Positions 33,012 to 43,112 of a stretch of 64,000 bases of DNA are shown here, one piece after another; position 1 is the stretch's first letter; every line of letters starts with the position of its first letter. Below the pieces are notes generated by a model. The model was not told where the DNA came from, ran no database searches, and saw only the letters and a list, made by a program, of their open reading frames with translations. A program made the translations under genes and the position numbers. The DNA is from Myxococcales bacterium (GTDB taxonomy: Bacteria; Myxococcota_A; UBA9042; JABWCM01; BTVJ01): assembly GCA_045863395.1 (NCBI GenBank), contig BTVJ01000002.1, positions 64,001-128,000 on the forward strand. The letters are read 5' to 3'.

Positions 33012-34397
33012 ATGCCGTTGACCTTCGATGCGGATCGGGTCGTCGCGGCGCTCCGGCGCGGACGTCTCTTCCGCGACATGAGCGAGCAGGGTCTGCGCGA
33101 CCTCGTCGGGCACATCGCGCAGAGCGACCACGGCGCCGCGGTCCTCCGCGTGCCGCCCGGCACCGACGTGTTCCAGGGCGGGGACGAGGCGGACCGCATG
33201 TTCGTCCTGCTCGCCGGCAGCTTCGAGGAGAGGTCGGCGCGCGGGGAGACCCTGCTCTGGTGCCCGCAGGTGGGTGACGTGGTCGGCGAGGAGGCCCTGT
33301 TCGCCAACGACGCCCGCCATCACGGTCAGGCGCGGTGGGTGTCGACCCTGCGCTGCGTCCAGGGTGACGGGAGGCGGCAGGACGGGATCCTGCTCGCCAT
33401 CGGCCAGGAGCTCGCCGAGGAGCTGATCGGCCGCTACCCGGTGCTGGCCGTCGGGCTCCTGCGGGGCCTGGCCACGGACTCCTATCGGCTGTTCGAGGAG
33501 CAGCGGCGCGACGACGAGGTGATGCGCACCTGGTTCCGGGACCGGAGCGCGCGCCTCCAGGTGGGCCCGTACTGCGCCGACGGCGCCGAGATGATCGCCG
33601 CCGTGGCGCGCACGCGCGGCGGGGGCTTCGGGCCTTTCCTGCCTGACGGGCTCCTCCCCGTGCCCGGCTTCGACGGCGTGTTCCTGGCGGTGGCGGCGCG
33701 GTTCGGCTCCATCTACCAGCCCAACGAGCCGGCCGTGCGGCCGTTCAGCTACAACGAGACCACCTTGTTCGTCCCGGCGCTGATGCCGACGCTGGCGCCG
33801 CCGTTCCTGCGGTTCGTGCTCTACACGCCGGCCCTCTACCCCGACAGCGTGCTCGCGACCCTGCTCGGACGCGAGATCTATGGGTTCCCGAAGCGCCCCG
33901 GGCGCACGACCATCGGCGACGGGGACGCCCGCCTCCAGGTGGACGGGGTGGAGAGCATGCGGCTCCGCTACGAGGACTGTCCGCTGGAGGACCTGTGGGA
34001 CGCCGCGGGGCGGCTCGGCGCGCTGGCACGGGCGGGCCTCTCCCTGGTGCTCGGCCGCGCGGACGGGGCGAGCGTCACCGACTTCGCCAACCGGTGGGCG
34101 GACCTGCTGCCGCGCATCCCGGTGGCTGCCCTGAAGCAGATCCCCGGCACGTCCCAGGCGGCCGGGCGCGTGGACTACGACGTCAACGACCTCGCCCTGT
34201 GTCCGTTCAAGGTCCGCAGTGTGCGCACCGTGACCGGCGTGCGCATCCACGAGCTGCGCATCGGCGAGGCGCTGCCCTTCGCGGGGGCGGAGCTCCTGTG
34301 GCCCGTCGGCTTCCGGGTGGCGCTCGACGTGAACCTGGAGCCAGGCAAGCGACTGCGCAGCTACCCGCGGGGCTACGAGCCCTCGCCGGTGCGCTGA
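33012..34397 (+). CDS. Cyclic-nucleotide-binding domain fused to an acetoacetate decarboxylase-family domain
   Basis: VFQGGDEADRMFVLLAG..GDVVGEEALF (cNMP fold); FSYNE..FVP, YPDS and GREIYGFPKR (ADC-family Lys); GGAGGG RBS. Confidence 0.78.
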   Translation: MPLTFDADRVVAALRRGRLFRDMSEQGLRDLVGHIAQSDHGAAVLRVPPGTDVFQGGDEADRMFVLLAGSFEERSARGETLLWCPQVGDVVGEEALFANDARHHGQARWVSTLRCVQGDGRRQDGILLAIGQELAEELIGRYPVLAVGLLRGLATDSYRLFEEQRRDDEVMRTWFRDRSARLQVGPYCADGAEMIAAVARTRGGGFGPFLPDGLLPVPGFDGVFLAVAARFGSIYQPNEPAVRPFSYNETTLFVPALMPTLAPPFLRFVLYTPALYPDSVLATLLGREIYGFPKRPGRTTIGDGDARLQVDGVESMRLRYEDCPLEDLWDAAGRLGALARAGLSLVLGRADGASVTDFANRWADLLPRIPVAALKQIPGTSQAAGRVDYDVNDLALCPFKVRSVRTVTGVRIHELRIGEALPFAGAELLWPVGFRVALDVNLEPGKRLRSYPRGYEPSPVR

Positions 34398-34398
34398 G

Positions 34399-35946
34399 GT
34401 GGGCGGGCGACACGGCCGCATGGTCTGGGCGCTGGTCCTCGTGGCCGGCTGCTCGACCTCAGCGCAGGGGCCCGGAGACGGGCTCACGGAGGACGGCGGG
34501 TCGGACACGTTGGCTGGCGGCGTGGATGCTCTCGCGGATGTGTCGTGGGGGCTGCCGGACCTCGGCGGTGCCGCGGACTCCGTGAGCACCGACTCCGGCG
34601 GTGGAGCACCGGACACGGGAGGCACGGACGCGGCCGCCGAAGATGCGGTGGCACTGGTGGACGCCGGCGACGCCGCGACGGACACGGGATGGTGCTGCCC
34701 CGACGACGCCCGGGACGTTCTCTGGATCGACGACGGGACCGACGCCGACGGGGACCCGATGGACGCGGATGGCGGCGCAGACGGGGACCAGGACGGCGGC
34801 GCCGACGGCGGCCCGCCCGCCGACGTCCCGTGGGTCCCGCCCGTGGGGAGCTGGGACAACCCGATCCCGGCGACCACCTGGCCCTTCGTCCACTCCGGGG
34901 ACACCACCCTCGCTCCGAGCGCCCTGGTCAGCTCCTACGGCTGCGCGCCCGCCATCGACGAGTCGGGAGGCGAGGTGGTCTACGCGCTCCAGATCCTCCA
35001 GCCGTCGCGCCTGACGGTGACCGTCAGCGACCTGCCGGGGGACGACGTGGACGTGGACGTGCACGTCCTCGCCAACGCGGACCCGTCGAGCTGCATCGCT
35101 CGCGCGGACAAGTCCCTCGTGGCGACGGTGCCCGCGGGCGAGGTGCTCGTCGTCGTTGACACCTGGGCGGGAGATGGCGTCAGTCACCCGGGGCCCTACA
35201 CGCTGGTCGTCAAGCTGGAGGGCGGGACGGGCTCCGCCGACTGCACCAAGAACCCCATGGAGTGCCCCGCGAAGCCGCCTGCGCCCCCGTCGCTCCCCCC
35301 AGAGCCGCCGGGGGTGGGCGACTGCCCGGCGGGGATGACCAAGGTGGACACCTTCTGCATAGACCGCTGGGAGGCTGCCTTGGTGGATGTCGCGACCGGC
35401 GCCCCCTGGTCTCCTTACGTGAACCCGGGCGGGGCGTCCCTCCGCGCGGTCAGCGTTCCCGGCGCGACCCCCCAGGCGTACATCAACCAGCTTCAAGCGG
35501 GGGCCGCCTGCGCGATGGCCGGCAAGCGCCTCTGCACGGACCAGGAGTGGCTGCGCGCCTGCCAGGGCCCGGCCAAGACGCTCTGGCCCTACGGTCCGGT
35601 GACCTGGCCGGGCTTCTGCAATGACGCCCGCATGTGCCACCCCGCCGTCCAGACCTTCCAGACCACCGCGAGCTGGATCTGGTCCTCCCTCGGGGACCCC
35701 TGCATCGCCCAGCTCCCGTGGGGCCTGGCGGCGACGGGCGCCTACTCCGCGTGCGTGACGGCGGAGGGCGCGTACGACATGGCGGGCAACCTCCACGAGT
35801 GGACCGACGACCCGGCGGGCACCTTCCGCGGCGGCTTCTACGTGGACACGGCGATCAACGGGACGGGCTGCACCTACAAGACGACGGCCCACGACGTGAG
35901 CCACTGGGACTACTCCACGGGCTTCCGCTGCTGCTTCGGGCCGTGA
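34399..35946 (+). CDS. Predicted lipoprotein with acidic linker, PPC-like beta domain and FGE-sulfatase (SUMF1-like) domain (alternative start 34420)
   Basis: LVLVAGC; GGEVVY..DVDVHVL; CPAGM..FCIDRWE, GKRLCTDQEW..AC, YDMAGNLHEW, RGG and GFRCC. Confidence 0.82.
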   Translation: MGGRHGRMVWALVLVAGCSTSAQGPGDGLTEDGGSDTLAGGVDALADVSWGLPDLGGAADSVSTDSGGGAPDTGGTDAAAEDAVALVDAGDAATDTGWCCPDDARDVLWIDDGTDADGDPMDADGGADGDQDGGADGGPPADVPWVPPVGSWDNPIPATTWPFVHSGDTTLAPSALVSSYGCAPAIDESGGEVVYALQILQPSRLTVTVSDLPGDDVDVDVHVLANADPSSCIARADKSLVATVPAGEVLVVVDTWAGDGVSHPGPYTLVVKLEGGTGSADCTKNPMECPAKPPAPPSLPPEPPGVGDCPAGMTKVDTFCIDRWEAALVDVATGAPWSPYVNPGGASLRAVSVPGATPQAYINQLQAGAACAMAGKRLCTDQEWLRACQGPAKTLWPYGPVTWPGFCNDARMCHPAVQTFQTTASWIWSSLGDPCIAQLPWGLAATGAYSACVTAEGAYDMAGNLHEWTDDPAGTFRGGFYVDTAINGTGCTYKTTAHDVSHWDYSTGFRCCFGP

Positions 35947-36144
35947 CGGCCGAAGCCAGGCGTGCGACACGGCGGCTGGGCGCGGTCACCCTGCGCGGCG
36001 TCGCTCATGCCGGTAGCGCGTTACCGCCCAGGGGGGCCAGGGGCTTCTCGCACGCATGGCCCGAGCCAGCTCCGCCCTCTCGGCGCCGCGCCTCCTCCGC
36101 GCGCGTCGGCCGGGCTGGGCGGCCCCCACTCCTGGACGCCGGCG

Positions 36145-36429
36145 TCACAGAAGGTGCGTCAACCCCTCGATGACGCGGAAGCGCTCGTAGAGGTCCAGCA
36201 CAGCGGTGACGGAGGGCGCCTCGATCTCGACCGTGAGGGCGAGGTACTTGCCCGTTGCCGAGGGGCGGTGGGACACGGTGGGCCTCTCCCCGGGGAGGAC
36301 CGCCTCGATCGCCTCCAGGACGCTACGCTCCAGCGCCGGAGACCGCGCGCCGATGAGCTTGAAGGTGTAGCGGCACGGGAACGCATGGACCGCGGCGAGG
36401 CGGTCGGCGAAGCTCTCGGTGTCTGTCAT
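36145..36429 (-). CDS. DUF493 / YbeD-like ACT-fold protein
   Basis: FPCRYTFKLIG and RPSATGKYLALT motifs. Confidence 0.85.
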   Translation of the reverse strand: MTDTESFADRLAAVHAFPCRYTFKLIGARSPALERSVLEAIEAVLPGERPTVSHRPSATGKYLALTVEIEAPSVTAVLDLYERFRVIEGLTHLL

Positions 36430-36511
36430 GGTCACTCCCGCACGGGTCGAGGCAGCAATGCCCGGCGCCGGAGTACCAGGAGGGAGTGCGCCACGTCAAG
36501 CGACCCCGTCC

Positions 36512-39500
36512 TCACTGACCGCACCGCGCCTCCAGCTCCTCGATGCGGCGGCGCTGCTCCTCCAGGGCCTCGAGGACGGCCGAGAGGGGGTCGCCCGACG
36601 GCCCCGCCCAGTGCTGGGGGCTCACGAGCACCGTGACCAGACCGACGCCCGGGCGGTCGTAGGATCCAAGCGCAAACCCCAAGATGCGGCCGGGGAGCGT
36701 CGCGAGCATGCCAACACCGGGCATGTCCGACGCCGTGATCGGGTCTCCCGGCAGGATAGGGCCTGCGTCGGTCGTCACCTTGACTGGCACCCTGCCCGCG
36801 AGCGCCACGAGGACGTCGCGGCCCGGACGGTGGGGCTCGCCCATGCGCAGCGCCGGGTACGTGGACACCACTCCAATGAGGGTCGGGTCGCCCGCAAGCT
36901 CCGACCGGCGGACGAGCTGCTCCGGGCCTCTGCCGTCGATGACCAGCAGGTCCCCCGGGTGGGTGGTTCGCGCATCGGCCGATGGCATCCACTCCGCCAG
37001 GTCCGCCGGGACGTAGATCGACAGGTCCGCGTAGCCCGCCTTGCCCTTGAGACCCGCCTGACCGCCGCCGCCGCCGCCTGCGTGGCCAGCCGACGCAAAG
37101 CCGCCCTGGCCGCCGCCACCACCGTTGACGGTGGCGCTGCCTGGCGACCCGTTGGAGGAACCGCCCCAGGTGGTCTGGCCTCCCCCGTTGGCGGGCGCGT
37201 TGTAGGTGGTGCCGACGCTGCCGCCGCCCCCGTTGACCTGGCCACCGCCAGCGCCGTACTCACCCGCCCAGCCGTTGTTGCCCGCCTGGCCGCCGTTCCC
37301 GCCCTTGCCTCCGCTGGTGCTCGTCACAGCGCAGCAGGTCTGGCCCGTGCGGCTCCCACCACCACCACCACCGCCACCGACCCCACCACCACCGCCGCCG
37401 CCTCCACCACCACCGTCGCCTCCACCGCCGCCCCCACCGCCGCCCCCGTCTCCCCCCTGGGCACCGACGGCGGGGCTCCCCACGGAGAGCTCGTACTTCA
37501 CCACCACCGAGCCCCCCGCCGCGCCGTCGGCCCCTGCGCCGCCTCCGCCACCCGCGGTCCCGTCATAGCCGATGCCGCCGCCGCCCCCGCCGCCGCTGCC
37601 GCCCTTGCCGCCGTCGGCCTTGATGGGGCCCGTGCCGGCGATGACCTTGGCGTAGACCACCACCATGCCGCCGCCCTGGGCGCCCGCGCTTCCGTCACCA
37701 CCCCGGGCCGCGTTGGAGCTGCCGTGGCTGCCGCCGAGGCCGGCGGCGGACGCCACCTTGCTGAAGGACGGAGAGAATGGCGAAGCCCAGCCGCCGACCC
37801 CACCGCCGCCTCCCGCTGCTGCTCCACCTCCGAGGGTGAGCTTCAGGCCGGTCGCTGGGTTGCCGCCGCTCGCCAAGGGGGCAGCGCCGCCGCCTCCCGC
37901 GCTGTTGTTGCCGTGGCAGCAGGTGTCGCTGGCGCTGGAGCCGCCGCTGCCCGCCTTGCCCCCGGCCGTACCGCCGTACCCCGCGGTCCCCCCGGCGCCG
38001 CCGGATCCCGTGCCGCCACCCTTGCCGCCGGACATGAAGTAGCCGCCATTCCCGCCGTCCTGGCCGCCGCTGGAGATGGAGGTGTTCGTGGCGTCCTGGG
38101 GCCCCGCTCCCCCCGGCGCTCCGCCGGCGAACCCCTTCTGCGACACGTCGATTCCTCCGCCCCCAACGGTCAGGGTCCCGTTGGTCAGGAGCGCCACGAT
38201 GCCGGTCCGCATGTTGCCGGAAGGCGCAGCCCCGGTGGTGGAGAGCCCGTCCCAGGCGGACGCCGTCAGCGTCCCCCCCGCGCCGATGACCACTCCGCTG
38301 TACTGCGGCACCCGCTGCATCACGAGCTTCTTGCCCGAGCCGTCGTCGTAGCGCGTCGGATCGATGGTTCCCGTCGTGACGCCGACCTGGGCGCCTGACA
38401 CGGACTTGACGTCCAGCAGGTCCCAGCTCCCCACGTCACCGGTCGCCCCGGTTGCCTGGACGAGGACGAGCAGCACCTTGTCGCCGGCCAGGATGCCGTC
38501 CACCGTCTGTGTCGCAATGATCGTCGAGCCCGTCAGGCTGCTCACCGCGTAGGCGATGCCGTCCGCCTTGGCCCGACCGTTGCTGGCGTTGGTGTTGATG
38601 TCGAAGGTGCCGTTGACCGACAGGGTCCCGTCGGCGCCCGTGCCGAAGGCCGGCGGGGGCGGCATATAGATGTCCATCCAGTCGCCCCCCTCGTTCTTCA
38701 CCTGCATGCGGCCGCCCAGGTCGCGGATGCCGTACCCCCCGGCGCCCACTACGGACCCGAAGGAGAGGTAACGGCTGGAGCCGCCCATCAGCGCGTTGCC
38801 CGCCACCTCCAGCGTCGCGCCGGGGGTCTGGGTGCCGGCGCCGACCGCTGCGGCCGCCAGGGTGCCCTGGACCGTGGCTTGGCCGATCACCGCCAGATCA
38901 CCGCCGGCGGTCACCGCGCCAGCAAGCAGCGGCGCCCACGCGCTATTTCCGGAGTTGCGGACCCGCAGCGACGCGGCCTGCGCCGTCAGAGCCGCGTCCT
39001 TGTGGTCGTAGAGGCCCATGGCCCCCAGCTTCAGCCCGCAGCCGGAGGCTCCGGCGGTGCAGGCGGACAGGGCCCCGGACACGCTGGTGTCGCCGGCGAG
39101 CGCCAGACCCGAGGCGAGCGCCGTCGACCCCACACAGCCCGTGCAGGCGAGCCCAGTGGCCGCCCCCCCTTGGGACGCTCCCGCGGCATAGGCGAAGGAC
39201 ACTTTTGCGGGGGTGACCGCTCCGTCCTGTAGGTGCGTCGCGGCGATGGCCCCGGAGGCAAGGTCGCTCGCCTCGACACACCCGCCGCACTGGAGGCCCG
39301 TGGCGTCGCCGCCCTTCGAGGCCGCCGCCGCGAAGGAGAAGCCGACCTCCGCGTCGCTCACGCAGCCGGTGCACGTCAGGTCCAGTGCCGCGTCGGCGAC
39401 CTTGGCTGCCTGGGACAGCAATGAGAACGGCACCGCCCGCAGGGGCTCCCGAGGGAGCGTGTCCGGGCCAACGGTCGTCTGGAGCCACAAGGAGGACGCC

Positions 39501-39772
39501 GCCTCGAGCACACCGGCCGGGATGGGCCCCAGGTCCGCGTCGAACACGCCCGCTGCTACGGTGACCGACACCGGAGCCTGAGTGTAGACTGCTGCGCCCC
39601 CGGACTGCACCGGGAACAGCGCGAGGGTCACCGTGAAGTCTCCGCTGGCCGGCATCCCGGCGGAGGTCTCCAGGCGCGCCTGGACCCGCAGCGTGCGGTC
39701 CAAGTCTGCGGCCATGGCGGTCGCGGCGGTCAGTGAGAGGAATACGGCGAGGGCGATGGGCGCGGTACGCAT
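36512..39772 (-). CDS. Secreted Gly-rich fibre-like protein with C-terminal peptidase G2-like intramolecular chaperone domain and coiled coil
   Basis: Signal peptide; N-terminal VQARL..G.F...LG..LWL..TV..LPREPL.AVPF; long poly-Gly region; DLAEW..GVVST.P..ALAGRVPVKV...GD.ITAS...G. Confidence 0.75.
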   Translation of the reverse strand: MRTAPIALAVFLSLTAATAMAADLDRTLRVQARLETSAGMPASGDFTVTLALFPVQSGGAAVYTQAPVSVTVAAGVFDADLGPIPAGVLEAASSLWLQTTVGPDTLPREPLRAVPFSLLSQAAKVADAALDLTCTGCVSDAEVGFSFAAAASKGGDATGLQCGGCVEASDLASGAIAATHLQDGAVTPAKVSFAYAAGASQGGAATGLACTGCVGSTALASGLALAGDTSVSGALSACTAGASGCGLKLGAMGLYDHKDAALTAQAASLRVRNSGNSAWAPLLAGAVTAGGDLAVIGQATVQGTLAAAAVGAGTQTPGATLEVAGNALMGGSSRYLSFGSVVGAGGYGIRDLGGRMQVKNEGGDWMDIYMPPPPAFGTGADGTLSVNGTFDINTNASNGRAKADGIAYAVSSLTGSTIIATQTVDGILAGDKVLLVLVQATGATGDVGSWDLLDVKSVSGAQVGVTTGTIDPTRYDDGSGKKLVMQRVPQYSGVVIGAGGTLTASAWDGLSTTGAAPSGNMRTGIVALLTNGTLTVGGGGIDVSQKGFAGGAPGGAGPQDATNTSISSGGQDGGNGGYFMSGGKGGGTGSGGAGGTAGYGGTAGGKAGSGGSSASDTCCHGNNSAGGGGAAPLASGGNPATGLKLTLGGGAAAGGGGGVGGWASPFSPSFSKVASAAGLGGSHGSSNAARGGDGSAGAQGGGMVVVYAKVIAGTGPIKADGGKGGSGGGGGGGIGYDGTAGGGGGAGADGAAGGSVVVKYELSVGSPAVGAQGGDGGGGGGGGGGDGGGGGGGGGGGVGGGGGGGGSRTGQTCCAVTSTSGGKGGNGGQAGNNGWAGEYGAGGGQVNGGGGSVGTTYNAPANGGGQTTWGGSSNGSPGSATVNGGGGGQGGFASAGHAGGGGGGQAGLKGKAGYADLSIYVPADLAEWMPSADARTTHPGDLLVIDGRGPEQLVRRSELAGDPTLIGVVSTYPALRMGEPHRPGRDVLVALAGRVPVKVTTDAGPILPGDPITASDMPGVGMLATLPGRILGFALGSYDRPGVGLVTVLVSPQHWAGPSGDPLSAVLEALEEQRRRIEELEARCGQ

Positions 39773-39954
39773 GGGTTGCCTCGATGACGCCGCCGGGGCG
39801 CAACGGAGCCCCGGCGCCGCCTGGACGAATGCAGCCAGCGCGCAGGAGCATCGAAGATTGTCGTTGGGGCCATGGTACGCCGAGGCACCGATGATCGCCA
39901 GTGCCTTTCCGCAGAGGCTCCCTTCGTGCTAAGGATGGTGGCCGGAGGTGGACC

Positions 39955-40587
39955 ATGTCCGTAGACCTCGATGCGAAGGGCAGCAAGGGCGTCGCGCCGC
40001 CCGTCTCCACTGGCCCCTCGTGGGGCACCTTCTTCGCCCGGGTGCTGCTCGTGCTGACGCGCCCGACCAAGGCGTGGGAGCGCCTCTCGCGCGAGGAGGT
40101 GCCCATCGCGGAGCTCCTCTGGCCGCACGTCGTCGTGCTCCTGCTCGCGCGGGGTGGCGCCGAGCTGGTGGGGCGCCTGCTGGAGGGGTGGACCATCGGG
40201 GCCGCCCTGGCGGACTTCGCCATGGGGGTCATCTCGTGGTTCGTCCTGGTCTGGGTCTTCTCCTTCGTGGCGGGCAGCGTCGCCTCGACCCGCGGTGGGG
40301 CCCGCCTCGCGGCCGGCGACGCGCTGCGCTTCGGCGCCTACGGCCTCACGCCGCTCTTCGTGGTCGGGCTCATCGGGCTCTTCCCGCTGCCCTACGTGTC
40401 CCAGATCGCCGCGGTCCTCGCCATGCCCTACGCCTTCTACGTCCTCGCGGTGGGCGTGCGCCCGATGCTCCACGTGGAGGACAAGGAGGCCGCGGCGGTG
40501 ACGGGGCTCATGTGCGGCGCCCTGGTCCTCGCCTGGGCCCTGCTCCCGAACCTCATGGGCCTCATCGTGCGGGCCATCGGCACGTGA
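39955..40587 (+). CDS. Yip1-family membrane protein
   Basis: VLTRPTKAWERL followed by about five TM helices; AYGLTP; GGAGG RBS. Confidence 0.75.
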   Translation: MSVDLDAKGSKGVAPPVSTGPSWGTFFARVLLVLTRPTKAWERLSREEVPIAELLWPHVVVLLLARGGAELVGRLLEGWTIGAALADFAMGVISWFVLVWVFSFVAGSVASTRGGARLAAGDALRFGAYGLTPLFVVGLIGLFPLPYVSQIAAVLAMPYAFYVLAVGVRPMLHVEDKEAAAVTGLMCGALVLAWALLPNLMGLIVRAIGT

Positions 40588-40598
40588 GGAGAGCGGAC

Positions 40599-41573
40599 GT
40601 GACGACCCGACAGTCCCCAGAGACGGCCACGGAGGCGCTCCGCATCGGCGTGTCCGCGTGCCTGCTGGGCGAGGCGGTCCGCTTCGACGGGAACCACAAG
40701 CGAGACGGCTTTCTCATGGAGGCGCTTGGCCCGCACGTCACCTTCGTGCCGGTCTGCCCCGAGGTTGGGGTGGGAATGGGGGTTCCCCGGGAGACCGTGC
40801 GCCTCCAGAGAGGGGAGGGGGGGGCGCGCATGGTGGCGCCCGGCAGCGGCACGGACTGGACGGACCCCATGCGCGCCTGGGCGGCGGCCAAGGTGACTGA
40901 GCTGGCAGCCGCCGACCTGTGCGGCTTCGTGCTCAAGAAAGACTCGCCCTCCTGCGGCGCCTTCCGCGTCAAGGTCTACGGGGGGCCCATGGCGGAGCGC
41001 TCGGGGGTCGGTCTCTTCGCCGCGGCGCTGATGGACGCCATGCCGCTGCTCCCCGTGGAGGAGGAGGGGCGCCTCAACGATCCCGTCCTGCGCGAGTGGT
41101 TCGTCGAGCGCATCTTCGCCTACCGCAGGCTCCGGCGGCTCTTTCGCCCGGGCTGGGCCCTCGGCGACCTCGTCGCCTTCCACACGGACGAGAAGCTGGC
41201 CCTGCTGGCGCACGACCCGACCCGCTACCGCGCCCTCGGGCGGATCGTGGCGGGCGGCAAGGCGATCCCTCCCGACGCCCTGCGCGATGCCTACGCGGAC
41301 ACCTTCATGCGCACCCTCGCCGTCCAGCCGACCCGCGGGCGCCACACCAACGTGCTCCACCACATGGCGGGGCACCTGCGCGAGCACCTGCCTGACGCCG
41401 CGCGGCGCGATCTGGACGCGCGGATCCTGGAGTATCGCCACGGGACACTCCCGCTGATCGTCCCGCTGTCTCTGATCTCCCACTATGTCCGGGTGCACGA
41501 TGTGCGCACCCTGGCAAGCCAGACGTACCTTCAGCCCCACCCGGAGGAGCTGATGCTCCGCCATGGGCTGTGA
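40599..41573 (+). CDS. DUF523-DUF1722 (YbgA/RudS-like) desulfidase-family protein
   Basis: [46 protein letters not shown]...K and YL.PHP.ELML; GTG start after AGGAG. Confidence 0.9.
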   Translation: MTTRQSPETATEALRIGVSACLLGEAVRFDGNHKRDGFLMEALGPHVTFVPVCPEVGVGMGVPRETVRLQRGEGGARMVAPGSGTDWTDPMRAWAAAKVTELAAADLCGFVLKKDSPSCGAFRVKVYGGPMAERSGVGLFAAALMDAMPLLPVEEEGRLNDPVLREWFVERIFAYRRLRRLFRPGWALGDLVAFHTDEKLALLAHDPTRYRALGRIVAGGKAIPPDALRDAYADTFMRTLAVQPTRGRHTNVLHHMAGHLREHLPDAARRDLDARILEYRHGTLPLIVPLSLISHYVRVHDVRTLASQTYLQPHPEELMLRHGL

Positions 41574-41586
41574 ACCCGGAGAGTCC

Positions 41587-42333
41587 ATGTCCACCGAGAC
41601 CCCCGCTGTGTCCGAGACCCCCGAGTCCCTCGCCGCCCTCGCCGCGGCGTGGGAGAAGCGCTCCCCGCCCGTCATCGTCGCCGAGGCGTTGGCACGGTTC
41701 GGCGGAGACTGCGCCATCTCCTTCAGCGGCGCCGAGGACGTGGCCCTCGTCCACATGGCCGCGGAGTCCGGTCTGCCCTTCCGCGTGTTCACGCTGGACA
41801 CGGGGCGCCTGCACCCCGAGACCTACCGCCTGTTCGAGGCGGTGCGCGACCGGTACGGGGTCGCCATCGAGGTGTTCACGCCCGACGCCGCGGCGCTCCA
41901 GGCCCTCGTGAGCGCAAAGGGCCTCTTCTCCTTCTACCGCGACGGGCACTCCGAGTGCTGCGGCGTCCGCAAGGTGGAGCCGCTGCGCAGGGCCCTGTCC
42001 CAGCTCCGCGCCTGGATCACGGGGCAGCGCCGCGACCAGTCTCCCACGCGCACCGATGTGCCCATCGCGCAGCTCGACGGCTTCCTGGGCAAGGCCGGCC
42101 CCGTCGTCAAGGTGAACCCGCTCGCCGCCTGGAGCTCCCACAAGGTGTGGGGCTACATCAGGACCAACGAGGTGCCCTACAACGCGCTCCACGAGCGCGG
42201 CTATGTCAGCATCGGGTGCGAGCCCTGCACGCGCCCCGTCCTGCCGAACCAGCACGAGCGCGAGGGGCGCTGGTGGTGGGAGGAGGCGACCCACAAGGAG
42301 TGCGGGCTGCACCTGGGAGACAAGCCGGAGTGA
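41587..42333 (+). CDS. cysH: APS/PAPS reductase; the Fe-S cysteines suggest the APS-reductase type
   Basis: [44 protein letters not shown] and C-terminal KECGLH. Confidence 0.93.
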   Translation: MSTETPAVSETPESLAALAAAWEKRSPPVIVAEALARFGGDCAISFSGAEDVALVHMAAESGLPFRVFTLDTGRLHPETYRLFEAVRDRYGVAIEVFTPDAAALQALVSAKGLFSFYRDGHSECCGVRKVEPLRRALSQLRAWITGQRRDQSPTRTDVPIAQLDGFLGKAGPVVKVNPLAAWSSHKVWGYIRTNEVPYNALHERGYVSIGCEPCTRPVLPNQHEREGRWWWEEATHKECGLHLGDKPE

Positions 42334-43094
42334 GAGTCACCACCTGGAACGTCAACGGCCTGCGGGCCGCACACCGCAAAGGCTTCCTGGAGTTTGTCGG
42401 CCGCATCGCGCCCGACGTGCTGCTGCTCCAGGAGATTCGCTGCACCCCCGACCAGCTCGACCCGGAGGTCCGCGAGCCGCCCGGCTGGCACGTGCGCTGG
42501 CACCCCGCCGAGAAGCCCGGCTACTCCGGCGTCGCGGTCTGGTCGCGCCACCCGATGGAGGTCGTCGGCACCGGCATGGACGACGCCGACCCCGAGGGCC
42601 GCATCCTCCGGGTGCGGGTGCAGGGCGTTCAGCTCGCCAGCGTCTATCTGCCGTCGGGGTCCAGCTCCCCCGAGCGGCAGGAGGCCAAAGAGGCGTGGAT
42701 GGCGCGCTTCCGGGCCTTCGCCGACTCTCTCCGAGGCAACGACGAGCCCCTGCTCCTTGGCGGCGACCTCAACATCGCCCACACGGAGCAGGACATCCAC
42801 AACGCGAAGAGCAACGCCAAGACCTCGGGCTTCCTGCCCCATGAGCGGGCCTGGTTCGGCGACCTGCTGGGCAGCGGGTGGCGGGATCTCTTCCGGGAGC
42901 ACGTCGGCCCGCAGCAGGGGCCCTACTCGTGGTGGTCCAACCGCGGTCGGGCCCGCGAGCTGGACCGGGGGTGGCGCATCGACTACGTGCTCGGCAACGG
43001 CCCCGCCGCCGCGCGCCTTCGGTCGGCCCACGTTCTGCGCGACGGCGGCCTCCAGGTCAGTGACCACGCGCCAGTGACGGTGGAGCTGGGCTGA
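42330..43094 (+). CDS. xth: Exodeoxyribonuclease III
   Basis: GTGA overlap; [41 protein letters not shown] and SDHAP. Confidence 0.93.
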   Translation: MRVTTWNVNGLRAAHRKGFLEFVGRIAPDVLLLQEIRCTPDQLDPEVREPPGWHVRWHPAEKPGYSGVAVWSRHPMEVVGTGMDDADPEGRILRVRVQGVQLASVYLPSGSSSPERQEAKEAWMARFRAFADSLRGNDEPLLLGGDLNIAHTEQDIHNAKSNAKTSGFLPHERAWFGDLLGSGWRDLFREHVGPQQGPYSWWSNRGRARELDRGWRIDYVLGNGPAAARLRSAHVLRDGGLQVSDHAPVTVELG

Positions 43095-43112
43095 CCCGCA
43101 GCTCGGAGCCCG

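Noticed and set aside
34399..35946. Diversity-generating retroelement target
   Set aside because: No template repeat or reverse transcriptase seen.
36512..39772. Prophage tail gene
   Set aside because: Has a signal peptide and no neighbouring phage genes.
41587..42333. DndC-like phosphorothioation or defence gene
   Set aside because: Canonical assimilatory CysH size and ECGLH terminus; no dnd or ssp neighbours.
39948..43094. Apparent N-terminal fusions on the DUF523/1722 (541 aa) and xth (481 aa) ORFs
   Set aside because: The extensions are off-frame overlaps of upstream genes; proper starts exist at 40599 and 42330.
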